Shown here piece by piece: positions 16,800 to 39,619 of a stretch of DNA of 64,000 bases. Within the stretch, counting starts at the first letter, position 1, and every line of letters starts with the position of its first letter. A program made the position numbers and the translations under genes. Below the pieces are notes generated by a model, which saw nothing but the letters and a program-made list of their open reading frames with translations, was not told the origin of the DNA and searched no databases. The stretch lies in NCBI RefSeq assembly GCF_009914755.1, contig NC_060932.1; one strand, written 5' to 3'. The DNA is from the human T2T-CHM13v2.0 reference genome, Homo sapiens.

Positions 16800-17194
16800 C
16801 CCTGCTACTCCAAGTGTGGTCCACGGACCCCCAGCAGCTGCATCACCTGGGAGCTTGTTAGAAATGCAGAATCTCAGGCCGCACCCCAGACCCCACTGAT
16901 TTGAGAATCTGCATCTGGCTGGGCGCGGTGGCTCATGCCTGTAATCCCAGGACTTGGGAGGTAGAGGTGGGTGGATCACCTGAGGTCAGGAGTTTGAGAC
17001 CAGCCTGGCCAACATAGTGAAACTTTGTCTCTACTAAAAATACAAAAAATTAGCTGGGCGTGGTGGCAGGCACCTGTAATCTCAGCTACTTGGGAGGCTG
17101 AGGCAGAATTGCTTGAACCCGGGAGACGGAGGTTGCAGTGAGCCAAGATTGCACCACTGCACTCCAGCCCAGGTGACAGTGCGAGACTCTGTCT

Positions 17195-17227
<33 letters not shown>

Positions 17228-17320
17228 AGAAAGAAAGAAAAGAAAGAAAAAAAAGAGAGAAGCTGCATCTGAGCAAAATGTTCAGGATATATCTATGCAC
17301 ATTAAAGTTTGAGAAGCACT
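16800..17320. mobile_element. MER5A interrupted by AluS (+, 16917-17259)
   Basis: TGCTACTCCAAGTGTGGTCC...TTGTTAGAAATGCAGAATCTCAGGCC; TSD-like GAGAA(T/G)CTGCATCT; ends AAGTTTGAGAAGCACTG. Confidence 0.85.
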
Positions 17321-17339
17321 GGGCTAGGTGGTGGACAGA

Positions 17340-17761
<422 letters not shown>

Positions 17762-18152
17762 TGAAGCTGGAATTTGAACTCAGGCCTGACAGACTCCCAG
17801 GCTCCAATCACTACCCCAGGCAACTCCTTCCTCGCTGGGGACCGCAGGGAAGCTTCACAGAGGAGAAGGTGTCTGAGCTAGGCTTGGAAGGACCTTGTCG
17901 GGAGGAAGGAGGGCGTTCCTGTCAATATACCACCTGAGCAAATGGTTGGAATGGGAATGGAGTAGGGCCTGTCTTGGGGAGTGGTGGGAAATAAGGTGAG
18001 TGAAGAATATTGCAATCACATTATAAAGGGCCTGGAATACCATGCTAAGGAAGGTGAATTTCTCCTGTGAGTGGATTTCGCAACGTGCTGTGGAATTGTG
18101 ATCATGGGCAGACTGTTTGTGTTTGAAGCCCAGCTTCCCCTACTCATGGGCT

Positions 18153-18548
18153 GTGCTGCAGGTTGGGTTCTTTGCAGGCAGACACTGAAATGGATTTGGA
18201 GTGTAAGATGTTTATTAGGAATTAACAGCTGTGAGAGGAAGAAGGAAGAAGCAGCGTTGGGCAGATGAAATCAAACAGCAGGCCCAACAAAGTCTTGGCC
18301 AACCTGATGGGAAATTCTGGAACGAGTACGGCCTGCCAGGGTTGACCTGTATCAGGCTGAAATGGCCAGGCCTTTATAACCCTACCTTGCTCCATCACCA
18401 GACACAGAGTGCCCCAGGTGGGGCCAGGCCTCAGGTGATGTCTGCAGCAGTGGAGACCCTGCAGGAGGAAGCTGTCTGCTCACTGCACTCCCCATAGCTG
18501 GGTGGAGTGCATGGGGGCTCTGAGCAGTGCATCTTGGTATCTACCACA
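18153..18548 (-). mobile_element. LTR16-like ERVL solo LTR
   Basis: GGTTGGGTTC...GCAGACACTGAAATGGATTTGGAGTGTAAGATGTTTATT...GCAGCGTTGGGCAGA...ends TACCACA. Confidence 0.65.
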
Positions 18549-18956
18549 GATGATCTACTTACTTCTGCGTCTCTGTCTCTTCAGTGGCAAAATGGAAATA
18601 TTAGTAGTAGATCCCTTGCAGGGCAATTGGAAGATTATATGCCTGGTATGTAACCCAAAGGATACCAGGTATTATTATTCTCTGCCCTGATGAAGAAGTC
18701 ACTATATACTTTCTACTTTGAGAGCACTTGGATTTTGAAAATCCCTCAGCGTGGCCCAAGGAATAGAAGAGGGTCATGCCCGTCCCTCCCACCCCAGCTG
18801 GCTGCCTGGGATTCCTTCCCTTCCTCACAATGCTTCAGGTTAATGTTTGTCAGGATATATTGGTTGTGTCAAGCTGTGCTGGACAATAGGAAAGATTTGA
18901 AGAATTTAATGAAGGAGAATGACATGTCAGATCAGTGGCTTAAAAGATAGCGTAAG

Positions 18957-19124
18957 CTGGCCTGGGCATGGTGGCATGCACCTGTAGTCCCAGCTAATCA
19001 GGAGGCTGAGGCAGGAGGATGGCTTGAGCCCAGGAGTTCAAGGCTATAGCTATGATTACACCTGTGAATACCCACTGCACTTGAGCCTGGGCAACATAGC
19101 AAGACCCCATCTCAAAACAAAACA
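18957..19124 (+). mobile_element. FAM (fossil Alu monomer)
   Basis: Monomer containing the FAM-type GCTATGATTACACCTGTGAATACCCACTGCAC segment; TSD AAAAGATAG(C/T)GTAAG. Confidence 0.8.
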
Positions 19125-19166
19125 AAAAGATAGTGTAAGTTGAATCATGAAGGATGATCTGAGGGG

Positions 19167-20239
<1,073 letters not shown>

Positions 20240-20442
20240 TTGTAATAGAATAAGACAGACAAAGAGTGAAGGACAGAACTAAAGCAGCAGGTGTGTGTCG
20301 GAGAGGAAGGGATGTACTTCAGAAATAAATTCTGTTCTGATGACTGCTTTGATCTTGTGGTGAGGGAGAAGGAGAAGTGGACAACTCCTAGGTTTCTAGA
20401 CAATTGGATGGTGATGGTGTTAACTGTGGTAGATAGTCTATA

Positions 20443-20754
<312 letters not shown>

Positions 20755-20842
20755 TGTGGTAGAGATTCTAGAGGAAGAGAGAATAATATGAGCTTAGTAC
20801 TAGACTTAATAAATCTGAGTTGACTGCAGAATATCCAGGTAG

Positions 20843-21193
20843 GGCCAGGCGCGGTAGCTCACGCCTGTAATCTCAGTGCTTTGGGAGGCCGAGGCAGGAG
20901 GATCACCTGAGGTCAGGAGTTTGAGACCAGCCTGGCCCAGCCTGGCCAACATGGTAAAACCCCGTCTCTACTAAAAGTCCAAAAAAAAAAAAAAAAAAAA
21001 AAACCAGGCATGATGGTGTGTGCCTGTAATCCCAGCTACTCAGGAGGCTGAGGCAAGAGAATCGCTTGAACACCAGAGGCAGAGGTTGCAGTGAGCCGGG
21101 ATCTCGCCCACTGCGCTCCAGCCTGGGCAACAGAGCAGGACTCCATCTCAAACAAAACAAAACAAAGCAAAACAAAACAAAACAAAAAAAACC
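20843..21193 (+). mobile_element. AluS within L2, with 10-bp internal duplication CCAGCCTGGC
   Basis: TSD CAGAATATCCAGGTAG at 20827-20842 and 21194-21209; L2 continues to ~21550. Confidence 0.92.
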
Positions 21194-22879
21194 CAGAATA
21201 TCCAGGTAGAAATGTCCAATCCTGTCGGTAGTTGCAATACCTGTCCAAGGACCCTGAAAATGGTTGAAGTTGGAGACAGAGATTTAGAAAACGTCATGGT
21301 AGTCAGAGCTTGGATATGAACAGGATTGCCCAGAGTATGAGATGGGAAGAGGGAGTACTGCCACACAAGAGGTGAGCACTGGAAGAGAAACGAATGAAGA
21401 AGATGAGAATGAGGGGTCGGAGTAGTTGGGAGAGTCAGAGAACACAGGGTGAAAGAAGTCAATGGAAGAGACAAGGCACTTAAGGCTGGGGGAGGGTACA
21501 AGTGTCAAATGCTGCAGAGATGACACATAGGACAAGCACTCAGGAAGGTCTTTGGCAACAAATGAGAAAAACTGAGACCCAGACAGCTTAAGGAATACGC
21601 CTAAGGTTCCACAGCTAGTAGGTGGCAAAGCCAGGACTAGCCCTGTCTTCTGGCTTTAGTCTTCTCTTCCCATGAGAAGCTGCCAAGGAGCCCCTTGTTG
21701 CTCTTCTGATACCTCTGTGCCTATGCAGGAGCCCTTAGCACTGTCTCCCACACCAGGCTGGGATAGAACTGCTTCCTGGTTAGTGTCTGTCTGTTTGTAG
21801 GACTTGTTTCTAAAATTATCAGGGATCTGTCTTCCTCCTATTTGCTTGAGCAGACCCGCCCTGAGTCTAATTGACACACCAGGTGGGTTTATGGGCTTCT
21901 CCTTCCTCCCAAGCATCCCACAGCCACGTTGCCTATTGTCTTTGTGGCAAGTCTTGCCCGGCAGCCTAGCTTCAGAGCAATGTAAGTGGTTGCTGTTATA
22001 CCCTTCTACCCACCATGTGCTGGAAAGAGGAGCATCATGACTAAAAGGCATGACTCATGTTCTAATCCATGGCACTACTGATCCTACTTTTCTGCATTTT
22101 AAAGTACAAACAGCTGGATATTGCTGAAGATGGCTCAGGGGGTCAAGGACAAATTTCACAAATGTGACCTCATTCTCCAGGCTGCCTGTTTATCCTGGAG
22201 GTTGATCTTGGACTTGGGACCATTTAAGGTTGCCTATCTTCAAAGTGCTCAGCTTGGCTTTTTAATTCTATACTCCTAAATCTTTGACAGCTGTGCATCA
22301 ACAAGCTTTCAAGGTAACTGAAGCCTAGGGCAGCTTTCTGCCCTCTGTTACTGGTGAATGTTTTTGCCTGTTGGAAGGACGTTGCAGCTACAGGCAGACT
22401 CCCACCATCCACCAACGGCCTTATTGTCAATCCATAGTCGTGTGCTGACTGCAAAGTGGCCTGAGTTTTTTGCATATCTTGTGAGATCACTATGGGAACG
22501 CAGTCATTATAATACAGCAGTTCCTGTCTTGAGGACTTTTGATAGTTTTATTTCTTACAGTTTCATTTCCTATTGATACAAAAGAGACTCTTGGTAACCA
22601 AAAATAAATGTAACCAGAAATGTCGGATTCTTTGTTTCATATATGAACATGATTTTGTAATGTAAATTGAATAAGCCCAGATCTATTATGCAACTATATA
22701 CTCTCGTAACAAGTGAGTCACAGAAGCCTCCGTCAACACTGACATATTGATGACCTTAAGAAGTTAGTGATTACCTATGATGTACAACAAACAAGGCTGG
22801 TAGCTGCCAGCAGAAACTAGGCATAACTACTTCTAGTAAGTACTACTACTAGTTCTAAAATTTAAATTAAATCAGCTCA

Positions 22880-23460
22880 CACCTTATTTTGTGCTGCTAC
22901 CACTAAAATCCAAGCCACCATGACATTATCACTAACCTGGACTACTAACTCATCTTTCCGCTTTCACTCTGACCCCCTCCATTCATTTTCCCTGGTGAAG
23001 CTAGTGTCATCTTATAAGTAAATCAGATCATGTCATTCATCTCACAACTCATCTGCTTTCCATCTCACCGCAGGATAGAATCCAAACTCATCACCATGGT
23101 CTGTGAGACCCCCTGTGATCTGGCCTGCCTGACTCTCCGATCTCATGGCATTACCACTCCCTTCCCTCTTGTGATGATCTGTCCGCAACGACTTTGCTGT
23201 TTCTCATGCCTGGCCCACTATGTGCAGACATGCAGGTTGTACAATGCATAACTCCAAGAGAGGCATTCAGTAGGCTGCAGGGTGAATGATGCCCTTGGAA
23301 GTATGTAGTGTGGTGACCCTGGTCACACGCACAGCTCTTTCCTACCACAAAGCCTTGGCACTTGCTGGCCTTTCTGCCTGGACATCCATCTGAAGATTTT
23401 TTGCACAGCTGGCTCCTTCTTGTCATTCCCTTGACAAATATTCCACCAAACACTACTCCA
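22880..23460 (+). mobile_element. L2 fragment with nested MER91-like MITE (~23210-23322)
   Basis: L2: CCTGGACTACTACT...AATCAGATCATGTCA...AATCCAAACTC; MER91: CAGGTTGTACAATGCATAACTCC...GTGAATGATGCCCTTGGAAG quasi-palindrome. Confidence 0.65.
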
Positions 23461-23483
23461 TACCAGGGAGGCTCCATACCAGG

Positions 23484-23660
23484 CAGGACCAGCTATATAC
23501 TTTGCAGGTCCCAGTGCAAAATGAAAACCAGGGCCCCTTGTTCAAAAAGTATTAAGAATTTCAAGACGGTGACAGCAGAACATTAAACTAAGCATGGGGC
23601 CCTTCTCAGTGCGGGGCCCTGTGGGACAACATAGGTCACACCTCCATCAAGATGGTAAGG
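23484..23660 (-). mobile_element. MER45A (hAT-Tip100)
   Basis: CAGGACCAGCTA...CCCAGTGCAAAATGAAAA...GGCCCCTTGTTCAAAAA...AAGAATTTCAAGACGG...GGGGCCCTGTG. Confidence 0.8.
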
Positions 23661-24714
23661 GTTTCACATGTATTCATGAACTCAATTGTATTTTAAAGTT
23701 TAGTAGAAATTGCACAATTAATAACTGGTTAGTGTATATTTACCTCTGCCTTTGGAAGTTAAAGTTTTTTTTTTTTTGAACTAAAAATTCCTTAAGTGTA
23801 ATTTCATCCTTGAAAAGTCAAAGATTTGTTGTTTTGGCATATTGTCAAGTTTTTAAAATTTAAAATACAGTTAGTTCAAAATATATTCACAGCTTTCATT
23901 CATGAGACATTTATAAATATTGGGTTATAAAGTTCCACATTTAGTATTTAACTCAAAAAAAAAAAAAAAGGATGCCTGTAACAACTTCTTTACATATAAG
24001 ACCTTCTCACTTAGTTATGGGTTTCCCATCCTCCTAGGAATCCAACATTCTCAGTCTAAATAACAACAGGAGAGGCAAAAAGTTTAAGGCTCTGTGACAG
24101 TGAGATAAGGCAAGAACATGTCTTTCTCCAAGGGAGTACCATCGCTGCCAGCTCTCCTGAAGCCATCTGGGGGATCAGATACTATTTCTGTAGTGGGTTA
24201 CTCTTGGGTTAGTGCCAGGAGCTAAGTAGTTGTAAAAATGCGAACACTCCGAAAGCACTTGTAACCAACCAAGGAAGAAAACATGTTTCTGCCCCAATTT
24301 TTGCTAATTTTGTAAGTGACCATTAAAAAGAAGAAAGAAGAAAGAAACAATCCAAGGAATGATGTGCATTTATATTTGTGTAATGTAAAGAACAAAAGCA
24401 AAAGGTAAATGCCCAAGACTAATTTACGATGTAAGCAAACTCTGACTTCCTGCTTACCCACCCCACTTGCTCTCTGAAAAGTAGCTGATAAACTCATTTA
24501 TATTAAGGTATAAATGCCCAATAAGTATTAATCGCTTATCTTCTACAGGAGTATTTGCTTTAGAGCAGGGAAAAAGCATCTTTGCCAAAGGGTTGAAAGT
24601 TTTAGTGGCAGAATTTCTGCAAAGCTCAAAAATCAACCACAGATAAATTATTCTACCTTGAGAAAATTGTGATACTTCCTGCTCCCTTTTCATCTCCTCC
24701 CATTCTCTTTCTCA

Positions 24715-26366
<1,652 letters not shown>

Positions 26367-26486
26367 CTATTCTCTTTTAAAGCCAATCTAATTGTGCTTT
26401 CATCTTCAGAACTCTGCAAAAACAGCTCCTGTCAAGGGCATCCATGACCATCATGCTGTCAAGGGCAATGGCCTTTTCTCAGCAAG

Positions 26487-26599
26487 GTAGGGTGACTGAC
26501 TTTTCCAAGTTTTTCAGGGACTCTCCGGTTTGAAAACTGAAAATCCCTTTATCCTGGCCCCACTCTGTTCCTGGCAAACCAGCACAACTGGTCATCCTT
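26487..26599. mobile_element. MER81-like MITE
   Basis: TAGGGTGACT...ACTGAAAATCCC...GGCAAACCAG...TGGTCATCCTT. Confidence 0.7.
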
Positions 26600-26985
26600 G
26601 CTTTGGGTGAGGATGTGGGTGTATGGGGATTTGCAACATTTAATATAAAGGTCAGAGAAGGCCCAAAGAAGACATTTGGACAAAGGCTTGAAGGAGGCGA
26701 GGGATTGAATTTGTCACACCTTAATGTTGTGTGATTCCTTGGGGGCCTGGCTGCAGAATCCACTGAGCACAGATAAAGGAAACTTCAGTGGTTATATAAA
26801 CATACACTTTTAGACATTGTTTTAATAATCAAACTCTCAGATTTTAAGAGATCTACAAAGAATATGAGTCAAGGAGACTTTAGAGTCAGACAAATTCATA
26901 GTCTTGACTCAGCTGTGTGACCCCACAAGTTACTTAATTTCTCAAAGCCTGAGTTTCCTCATCTGAAAAAAAGAAATTATAATAA

Positions 26986-30100
<3,115 letters not shown>

Positions 30101-30288
30101 AAAGACTGTCATCTTCATGGGATTGAATGACCAATACCACTACCTTTGTGGCAGGGAGGAGTACTGGAGGCCAAGTAGCATAGGTCAGTAGCCCTTATCA
30201 CTTCATTGCTGGACAGTTGCAGTGGGTACCTCTTCCTGCACTTTATACTGCAATCCATGGTAAACCACATATTGTGCTTCTGATAGGA

Positions 30289-30582
30289 TTTTTTTTTTTT
30301 TTTTTGAGACAGAATCTCACTCTGTCATCCAGGATGGAGTACAGTGGTGTGATCTTGGCTCACTGCAACCCCTGCCTCCTGGGTTGAAGTGATTCTCATG
30401 CCTCAGCCTCCCGAGAAGCTGGGACTACAGGCACCTACCACCACACCCAGCTAATTTTGTATTTTTAGTAGAAATGGGGTTTCACTATGCTGGCCAGGCT
30501 GGTCTCAAACTCCTGACCTCATCATCTGCCCACCTCAGCCTCCCAGAGAGCTGGGTCTACAGGCATGAGCCACTGCACCCAG
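30289..30582 (-). mobile_element. AluS
   Basis: Antisense dimer. Confidence 0.9.
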
Positions 30583-30639
30583 ACAGGATTATTTCTTAGT
30601 GATGTTCTTCTATTAATACCTTGAGCATAATCAAAGCTA

Positions 30640-31162
<523 letters not shown>

Positions 31163-31599
31163 CTATTCAAGACTGTTCTTAACCACCCACCCATATCCTC
31201 CTCACACTTACAGCAGAGTGTAGTGGAAAGGGACTGGATTGAATGTGGCCAGTGAGAGATATTTTCTTTCTTTCCTCAGTGGGTTGACATGTGAGTTGAG
31301 GTGGCCGAATATAAAACCATCAATGACAATAGAAGGCAGTATAGATAGAGCACCAACCCCTGCCCTAGAAACCCAGGCATGGGGCAGCTGGGAGAGGCTT
31401 CTGGAGAAGGCATTTGAGAGAGATGGGGCCAGGCCTTCAATGTGGGCCTGGAATTACACCTATGAGAAGCCCCTATCTGGCAGGGCTTACACTGTCCCCA
31501 CTCTTATGTCTCATTTCACCCTGCCTTCCCGTGTCTCTATCCTCCCCTTCAACCAAATGGATCTGTGGGAGGCTTTCTTCACAACACATAATGAGCCCA

Positions 31600-31830
31600 A
31601 GAGCTAACACTTATGGAGGGTGCATATTGTGCTAGTCACTATGCTGAGCACTTTACATAAGGCAGTTTAATCCTCACAACAGCCCTGTAACATAGGTACT
31701 GCTATGAGCTCCATTTTACAGATGAGGCTATCGAGGCACAGAAAGGTTAAGTAACTTGCCCAAGGCCACCCGGTTAGTGTGACAGCCAGAATCAGAACCC
31801 AGGCAGTTTGGTTGTAGACTCCCTGCCTTT
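31600..31830 (-). mobile_element. MIR
   Basis: TTTAATCCTCACAACAGCCCTGT...CCATTTTACAGATGAGG...GGTTAAGTAACTTGCCCAAGG. Confidence 0.9.
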
Positions 31831-32079
31831 GAGGTCTGGGCTGGATTACATCTCCAGTATAATTTCTGTTCTCCTGCATCTGAGCCTCCCTGGAGGTCCT
31901 GACCTCTACTTTGCAAGTCCTTTTCACACATTTCTATAAAATCCAACCCAGTCAAATGCAAGTTAAATAACGCAACAGCAATCACTATAAGGGGAGCAAA
32001 GACTTTTTGAACAACAAACTTCTATGACTGGCCCTGAGCCTGGTGGTTCCCATTTAATTTTCACAACAATCCTGTAAGA

Positions 32080-32404
32080 CAGTGGTCTCCAACCTTTTGA
32101 CACCAGGGACTAGTTACATGGAAGACAATTTTTCTACGGACAGAGTGGAAGTGGTTTCAGGATGAAACTGTTCCACCTCAGATCATCAGGCATTAGATTT
32201 TCATAAGGAGAGCACAACCTAGATCCCTCGCATGTGCAGTTCACAACAGAATTTGTGCTTCTATGAGAATCTAATGCCACTGTTGATCTCACAGGTGGTG
32301 AAGCTCAGCTGGTAATGCTTGTTTGCCCTGCCACTCACCTCCTGCTCTACAGCCTGGTTCCTAACAGGCCACAGAAGGGTCCCCCCAAGGGTAAGGGACC
32401 CTTA
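32080..32404 (-). mobile_element. MER1B (hAT-Charlie) inserted in a MIR
   Basis: CAGTGGTCTCCAACCTTTT...GATGAAACTGTTCCACCTCAGATCATCAGGCATTAGA; 8-bp TSD CTGTAAG(A/G) at 32072-32079 and 32405-32412. Confidence 0.9.
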
Positions 32405-32593
32405 CTGTAAGGTTTTTATAAATGGGGAAATTGAGTCTCAAAGACATTAAGTAACTCACTCAAGGGCTGAGACTCCCATGCAAAACCTAAGCCCTCCCCT
32501 GTATAGCTTGGTCTCAAATCCCTTCTCCTCACTGAAGCCTTCCTCCCCACCCCAACAAGCGCACATCAGTCCCTGCTCAGCACTGACCACACT

Positions 32594-32758
32594 CTTTTTT
32601 TTTCTTTTTTTTGAGACAGGGTCTCACTCTGTTGCCCTGGCTAGAGTGCAGTGGTGTGATCATGGCTCACTGCAGCCTCAACCTCCTGGGCTCAAGTGGT
32701 CCTCCTGCCTAGGCCTCCCAAAATATCGGGATTACAGCCATGAACCACTGCACCCAGT
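32594..32758 (-). mobile_element. Internally deleted AluJ or monomer
   Basis: Right-arm end fused to left-arm start. Confidence 0.8.
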
Positions 32759-33167
32759 CTACTCATTCATTTTTTAATGAGCTTTGATTCTTCTGCAGCT
32801 TATCAAATATTCTCCCAGTGCCTTCTCTCTGGTGTTCTGAGTCCTGCCTTCAGTAGCTGTACATGACAAGTCTAGCCAGTCTCTTAGGACAGCCCTTCAC
32901 CTGCCTGGGAGCAGCTATTATTGTGTTTCCTTCAGGGAGTCTCTGCAGAACCTGAACCTCAGTCCCTCCAGCTGTTTCCTGAAAGACACAGTTTCAGTGC
33001 CTATCACCCTACTGGCTGCCCCGCTTTCAATGAATTGTGCTTGATCTCAAGAACAGAACATTTGACTCTACAGTGTAAGGTTGTAGGTTGTGGGTAGATC
33101 ACTGCAGAATATTCTAGATAATTTCTCCCTGAATATGGACCCAGTAGTTTTATAAAGACAAAACATG

Positions 33168-33511
<344 letters not shown>

Positions 33512-33769
33512 TCAGTCCTCAATGCGGTGAGCCAGACTAATTGCTTAATAACCTAGAAGCTAGGCTGAAAAACTGGTGCCAGTGGAGGGGAAAGATTTTC
33601 CTTCCTCAAGGGCTTCTATTCAGTGGGGGTTCCTAGCCAGAGGCTGGCCAGGGAGGCCAAGGGGGAGAGAGGCAGTGAAGAGCCTGTACTTGCTGGTCGC
33701 TAGCAGTCCCAGCAGGCAAGGGAAGGGCACAGTGTTAGGGAAGGGGGCCAAAGCCAAACAGCTTACTAT

Positions 33770-35135
<1,366 letters not shown>

Positions 35136-35317
35136 GTATTGTTCATTTACTGTATGTGCTGAGCATGGCACTCAGCACTTTATATACATTATCTTATTTA
35201 ACAGTAGTTATGGAAACCTCTATTATAATGATGAGAACATTGAAGCTTAGCAAGGCTAATTCAGTCAAGATCTTACATCCAGTGTCAGGACAGAGCCCAA
35301 GTCTGCCTGAATCCAAT

Positions 35318-35518
35318 TTTCTTTTCTTTTTTTTTTCTTTTTCTTTTTGAGACGGAGTTTCATTCTTGTTGCCCAGGCTGGAGTGCAATGGCGCAATCTT
35401 GGCTCACTGCAACCTCCATTTGCAGTTGTTTGTTTTTCGAACTCGTTACCTCAAGTGATCCACCCACCTCGGCCTCCCAAAGTGCTGGGATTATTGGCTT
35501 GAGCCACTGCGCCCAGCC
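35318..35518 (-). mobile_element. Alu with ~130-bp internal deletion
   Basis: GCAACCTCC jumps via a filler to TCGAACTC. Confidence 0.85.
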
Positions 35519-35641
35519 TATCTTGGTTGTTTTTTGAAACCTTCTGTTGACACCTTAAAAAAATCAAGAAAGGACCAGCATTAAAATTTGAGGGGTGGGA
35601 CGGGATATCTGTGTTGGAAGAAAATCCTTAAAGTAACTACT

Positions 35642-36248
<607 letters not shown>

Positions 36249-36475
36249 AGATTTTTTAAAAGAAATACTTCATAACTGACACTCCTGATGGTGCAGGGAA
36301 CAACTGTGTTTGGAAAAATAGAACATACACACACGACTCTGAAGTGAAATGCGTTTCAGAAGACTGGACTCCCAAAGAGAAGTTTGAGGAATACCTTAAC
36401 CAATTTTTTTTTTGTCTTACGTTTTTCTTTTGTTTTAGGCACACTTGATATATGACACAATCTATGTCTATTAAA

Positions 36476-37003
36476 CTTTTTGTTTCAGCAACTGACAGTC
36501 AATTAATGAAAGTACAGGCATTGATTTAAGCATCAGCAATGGTGACTTTGGCTTCAACTCGTGGCTCAATACTGATGGGAATAATCAGTTTAGCCATCTC
36601 AAAGAACTATGCAAATCAATGATTGCTTGTGGATTCTCATCTGGAAAGGATCCCATGTCTCAGAACCTTAAGCACAAGGAGTTTATCTTCTAGCAGTTCT
36701 CAGAGTTTTGGTAGGCATCTGGACAGGCCCTTTCACTTTGAGGATCTTCTCTTTTGCGCCTCTGATCAAGTCAGCCACACCTTCTCCAGGGGTTTTCCTT
36801 TGCGGCTGGATAGCTTGACTTCAGTTCTGTGACTCCCCACCTCTGGCTCCATGCGTGTCTTTCTGGTGTCTTTAAAGGCCAAGGCTTTGGCAAGGCTTCC
36901 TGGCCAACCTGTTCCTAGTCCAGAACGAGTTGCTCCGTGAGCTGTGAGTCAAGTGCAGGAGTGGCCAGCCCCACTGCAGTGGCGGCTCACCTTCCTCAAA
37001 GAG
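36476..37003 (-). pseudogene. RPS20: Processed pseudogene of ribosomal protein S20 (uS10)
   Basis: Minus strand 36882-36526 reads (TTG)[97 protein letters not shown], against RPS20 MAFKDTGKTPVEPEV...[24 protein letters not shown]...TWDRFQMRIHKR...SIEPGVEVEVTIADA. Intronless; start lost; stops and frameshifts; 5' UTR begins CTCTTTGAGGAAG (TOP-like); short A-tail remnant. Symbol is the parent gene. Confidence 0.96.
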
Positions 37004-37097
37004 TTTAAAGTTTAAAAGTTTCTTTTAATCATCATGAAATAAGAGTGCGAAGTGATACAAAGACATTGTGTCAGTACCTTTTGTTGTTGCATATATA

Positions 37098-37832
37098 CTT
37101 GTATGTTGCTTAACGATAGGGATACCTTCTGAGAAATGGATCGTTAGGTGATTTTTGTGTGAATGCTATAGAAGGTGCTTACATATAAACCTTAGTTTAC
37201 TGTAATTTTTAACTTATAAACTTTTTAATCTTTTAAAACTTTTGGGATCTTTATAATGTCACTTAATCTTTTACAGTTTCACTTAGCTTAAAACACAAAT
37301 ACATTGTGCAGCTGTACAAAAAATTTTCTTTCTTTATATCCTTATTCTATATGCTTTTTTCTTTATATCTTTATTCCATACGCTTTGTATCCTTATTCTA
37401 CATGTTTATTCTATATCCTTTTTTCTAATGCATATGTCAATATGCATTAACCTAGGCCTACACAGGGTCAGAATCATCAATATCACTGTCTTTTACTCCA
37501 TGTCTACCTGACCCACAGGAAGGTCCTTGGAGGCAATAACACGGGGAGCTGTCACCTCCTACGACAACACTGCCTTCTTCTAGAACACTTCCTGAAGGAC
37601 CCTTCTTGAGGGGGTGACATTCTTTTCAGAAATATGTCCATGGTGGTTTGCTTGGTTTGTTTCTTTTTTTAATCAAAGATTTTCCTGAGTAATGACATTG
37701 GGCTACAAATGTTATGACAGCTACAGTGTCACCGGGCGATAGGAATTTTTCAGCTCCATGATAATCTTATGGGACCACTGTCATATATACAGTCCACTGT
37801 TGACTGAAAGGTCATTCTGTGGCATGTGACTG
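37098..37832 (+). mobile_element. Tigger3 (Golem) deletion derivative
   Basis: GCTTAACGATAGGGATACCTTCTGAGAAATGGATCGTTAGG...ATAATCTTATGGGACCAC...GTTGACTGAAAGGTCATTCTGTGGCATGTGACTG. Confidence 0.85.
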
Positions 37833-37990
37833 TACATCATTTGAACTCCATCTTTGGCAACTGACTGTATCAATGGATCTAATTAGTCTCCTAGGTTGGT
37901 AAATTTTTTTCTTATGCTCTTAGACTGGGTGTCCCTACTTGTATTTACCATTGAAACCAGATTAAAGGATTCTACCACTGCCTTTATTAA

Positions 37991-38909
<919 letters not shown>

Positions 38910-39073
38910 TTTGTGATTTCTTAAAGATTGGTGTTGATGTCTGTATGGACATATCTGCAAATTATTTCATTATCTTGGAACTATTCCATAAGATTTGCAG
39001 AATTAAACTTATCTGAGGCAGTTGGTAGTCTCTTACCACCTCCTCACTTGTCTTGGGCTTCATGGTGGTTTTA

Positions 39074-39595
<522 letters not shown>

Positions 39596-39619
39596 TTCAT
39601 GGTGGTTTTAAATCTTTAT

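Noticed and set aside
31239-31607. 122-aa ORF in mostly unique sequence
   Set aside because: TTG start, no recognisable domain and no convincing splice signals; compatible with chance
36623-36832. 69-aa plus-strand ORF
   Set aside because: Antisense shadow of the RPS20 pseudogene
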